DNA from: an uncultured Thermodesulfobacteriota bacterium
Lineage (GTDB): Bacteria; Desulfobacterota; Deferrisomatia; Deferrisomatales; JACRMM01
Direction: 5' to 3'
Assembly: GCA_964647795.1 (NCBI GenBank)
Contig: CAZYJP010000001.1
Coordinates: 1-26,875 of the forward strand
DNA length: 26,875 nt
Shown: positions 24,960-26,875 of the stretch, piece by piece
Layout of the letters: each line of letters opens with the position of its first letter
How positions within the stretch are numbered: the stretch's first letter is position 1
Position numbers and translations under genes: made by a program
Notes under the pieces: model-generated
What the model was told of the DNA's origin: nothing
The model's database searches: none
Seen by the model: only the letters and a program-made list of their open reading frames with translations

Positions 24960-25271
24960 ATGGGAAAGTGGATCGGCGTCTTGGTGGCGGTCTTGGTGGG
25001 CATCTCCCTGGTAGCCGGCCTCCCACCCGTCTCGGCTGAGGCGGTCGACAAGCCGGCGGCGGCCGAGGCCGACAAGGCGAGGGTCAACCTGAACACAGCG
25101 ACAGCGGAACAACTGAGTACCCTTCCGGGCGTGGGGGAGGTGACGGCCCGGGCGATTGTCGACTTCCGCGGAGTGAACGGTCCCTTCAAGAGCGCCGAGG
25201 ATCTGGCCCAGGTGAAGGGCATCGGGGAGAAGAAGGTGGAGGCGATCCGACCCCTGGTCACCGTCGAGTAA
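24960..25271 (+). CDS. comEA: ComEA-family helix-hairpin-helix DNA-binding protein with signal peptide
   Basis: Signal/TM N-terminus; RVNLNTATAEQLSTLPGVGEVTARAIVDFR..NGPFKSAEDLAQVKGIGEKK; AGGAGG RBS. Confidence 0.92.
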   Translation: MGKWIGVLVAVLVGISLVAGLPPVSAEAVDKPAAAEADKARVNLNTATAEQLSTLPGVGEVTARAIVDFRGVNGPFKSAEDLAQVKGIGEKKVEAIRPLVTVE

Positions 25272-25285
25272 GAGAGGCTGTCGGT

Positions 25286-25324
25286 GCCGGAAGAGGCCCC
25301 CCGGATGCGGGGGCCTCTTCCGGC
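25286..25324. terminator. Perfect 16-bp hairpin after comEA
   Basis: GCCGGAAGAGGCCCCC / GGGGGCCTCTTCCGGC with a 7-nt loop, 14 nt after the stop; no strong U-tract. Confidence 0.6.
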
Positions 25325-25350
25325 CTCCCCAGAGCTTCCGGGAATGCCCC

Positions 25351-25584
25351 CTAGCAGGCCGTCGAAGAACGCCTTGCAGCGCTCCCCACGGATGGGGCGC
25401 CGAATCGCGGAGAGCTTGAAAGGTGTAGCGATCGTAAGGGTTCGAAGGGGCCGCCCCGAGACGATTCCCCAGGACAGGGGAATCGGACGCGCCGTCGGCG
25501 CACCCGGAGGGCGAGCCGCGGGACGGGCCGAGTCAACCCGTCGCTGAAAAAACCCGTGGAGGGGTTTTTTCGGTATCCTGCTGG
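25351..25584 (+). mobile_element. MITE-like repeat (copy 2, longer)
   Basis: Left end CTAGCAGGCCGTCGAAGAA; right end reverse complement CCAGCAGGATACCGAAAAAA; internal block homologous to 22055-22093; no transposase. Confidence 0.6.
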
Positions 25585-25685
25585 TGCGCCGCACCGGACA
25601 CCTTTCCCGGCAGTCGCCGCACCCCGGCCGAGCCGCTCGCGCCTCGAGCCCAGGGCAGCCGGAGCGCAGACACCCGAACCCGCCC

Positions 25686-25714
25686 TTGACATACGCATAA
25701 CTTACGCATATCCT
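25686..25714 (+). promoter_or_regulatory. lexA promoter with overlapping TACGCATA direct repeat (candidate operator)
   Basis: TTGACA (25686-25691), 17 nt spacer, TATCCT (25709-25714); TACGCATA at 25692-25699 and 25703-25710. Confidence 0.75.
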
Positions 25715-25721
25715 TCGGCCC

Positions 25722-26330
25722 ATGACGATGAGCCGCCTGACCCCCAAACAGAAGCGGGTACTCGAGTTCGTCCAAGGGTATTCCGAGCGCCATGGCTGCG
25801 CACCTACCCAGCACGAGATCGCCCGCGAATTCGGCTTTCGCTCCCTCGGCACTGTCCAGAACTACCTGGTCCGCCTCGAGAGCCAGGGCGTCCTCAGGCG
25901 TTCTTGGAACGCCAAGCGGGCTCTGGAAGTGATCCGCCCGGAGGGAGTGGGATGCACGCTGCCCCTTCTGGGATGGGTGGCAGCCGGCCGGCCGATCGAG
26001 GCGGTAGCCTCGGACGACGAGTTGGACGTCCCGCCCTCGATGCTGGGGAGGGGGGAGCACTTCGTGCTGCGAGTACGGGGAGACTCCATGGTGGAGGATG
26101 CGATCCTGGACCGCGATTACCTCGTGGTGCGAAGGCAGGCATCCGCGGACAACGGTCAAACCGTCGTAGCCCTGGTGGACGGGGCGGCCACGGTGAAGCG
26201 ATTGTACCGCCGGGGCGGTGAGGTGGAGCTCCGGCCTGCGAACGGTGCGCTGGGGCCGATCCTGGTCCGAGAAGGGCAGGATTTTCGGGTGGAAGGAATC
26301 ATCGTCGGCGTGATTCGCCGGTGCGGGTAG
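25722..26330 (+). CDS. lexA: LexA repressor
   Basis: LTPKQKRVLEFV...PTQHEIAREFGF winged HTH; VAAG cleavage site; catalytic GDSM Ser and TVKR Lys. Confidence 0.95.
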   Translation: MTMSRLTPKQKRVLEFVQGYSERHGCAPTQHEIAREFGFRSLGTVQNYLVRLESQGVLRRSWNAKRALEVIRPEGVGCTLPLLGWVAAGRPIEAVASDDELDVPPSMLGRGEHFVLRVRGDSMVEDAILDRDYLVVRRQASADNGQTVVALVDGAATVKRLYRRGGEVELRPANGALGPILVREGQDFRVEGIIVGVIRRCG

Positions 26331-26340
26331 AGGAGTTCCC

Positions 26341-26652
26341 ATGAAGCTCATCGCGAGATTGAGTCAGACCGCTGCCGCCGCGGGAGGGTTCTTCGCTGGT
26401 TACCTGTGGGGTGTGTCCCACTGGGCCCGGACCACCGGAGAAGGGGGAGCGGACCTCCTGCGGGCATCCCTGATCCCCGGAGGGTCCCTGGCCCTGGGCT
26501 ACGCGCTCCTCGCCGCATGCCTGTTCTGGTCGTGTCTCCCCGCCCCGCGGGTGCTGGGCCTAAGGGCCATGGTGGCTCCGGCTGCCTTCACCCTGTCCTT
26601 GGCAGCGGGCTTTGCAGGGATCCGCGGAGCGCTTTGGTTCCTCGGGGGTTAG
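26341..26652 (+). CDS. Hypothetical small membrane protein (about 3 TM)
   Basis: Hydrophobic ORF, GAGGAG RBS, 10 nt after the lexA stop; probably co-transcribed. Confidence 0.65.
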   Translation: MKLIARLSQTAAAAGGFFAGYLWGVSHWARTTGEGGADLLRASLIPGGSLALGYALLAACLFWSCLPAPRVLGLRAMVAPAAFTLSLAAGFAGIRGALWFLGG

Positions 26653-26875
26653 GAGCGGCCTCTCCACGATTCAGAGACTCGGCACCGGGTTTGGCGGATC
26701 CGGGGCGATCCTTCATCGAGCCGCGACCCACCCCTTCCGGAAGCCCCCCTTTGGCAGCCAACTCCGCACCCATGGCCGCAGCCCCGGGGCAGGACCGCCC
26801 GCGGCCGCCCGGTTCCGCGTTGCCCGTCCTGGGGCAATCTGTTACCTTGCGACCCTTTCCGGGGAGCCCAACACA

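Noticed and set aside
26653-26875. Short ORFs at the right edge (26588-26773, 26649-26837, minus strand)
   Set aside because: Short, no motifs or RBS; region left unannotated.
1-26875. CRISPR arrays, tRNA/rRNA genes, transposases, integrases, prophage or known defence genes
   Set aside because: No regularly spaced repeat-spacer units, cloverleaf or rRNA signatures, or corresponding protein motifs seen.

Overview
GC-rich (roughly two-thirds G+C by eye), densely coding bacterial chromosomal window; gene content suggests an anaerobic deltaproteobacterial-type (Desulfobacterota-like) host, which is an inference. Left to right: (1) the 5' part of a minus-strand complex I operon, nuoA-B-C-D-H-I, with no nuoEFG between D and H and a short heptamer-repeat spacer there instead; (2) a Ca/Na antiporter, a Tat-signal intradiol-dioxygenase-like protein, a soluble PAS/HisKA_3 kinase with a NarL-type regulator, a stand-alone FMN-binding glutamate-synthase-family protein, a Bax-like glucosaminidase and a DUF4388 protein with tandem MshEN-like motifs; (3) a MidA/NDUFAF7-family methyltransferase, recR and an RlmL-like THUMP methyltransferase; (4) a membrane HAMP-GGDEF protein with Ser at the nucleobase-specificity position (possible Hypr/cGAMP-type or degenerate), coupled to a coiled-coil lipoprotein; (5) the best candidate for an uncharacterised system: small membrane protein, Ycf46-type AAA+ ATPase, DUF1257, DUF2997, HEAT-repeat protein, divergent lidless Hsp70, small membrane protein; (6) tpx, a candidate rod-shaped ncRNA with its own promoter, comEA, and a probably leaderless lexA with a direct repeat inside its promoter. 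Two related MITE-like repeats lie at about 22.05-22.12 kb and 25.35-25.58 kb. I saw no rRNA, tRNA, CRISPR array, transposase, integrase or phage gene. Family assignments come from motif recognition by eye, not database searches.
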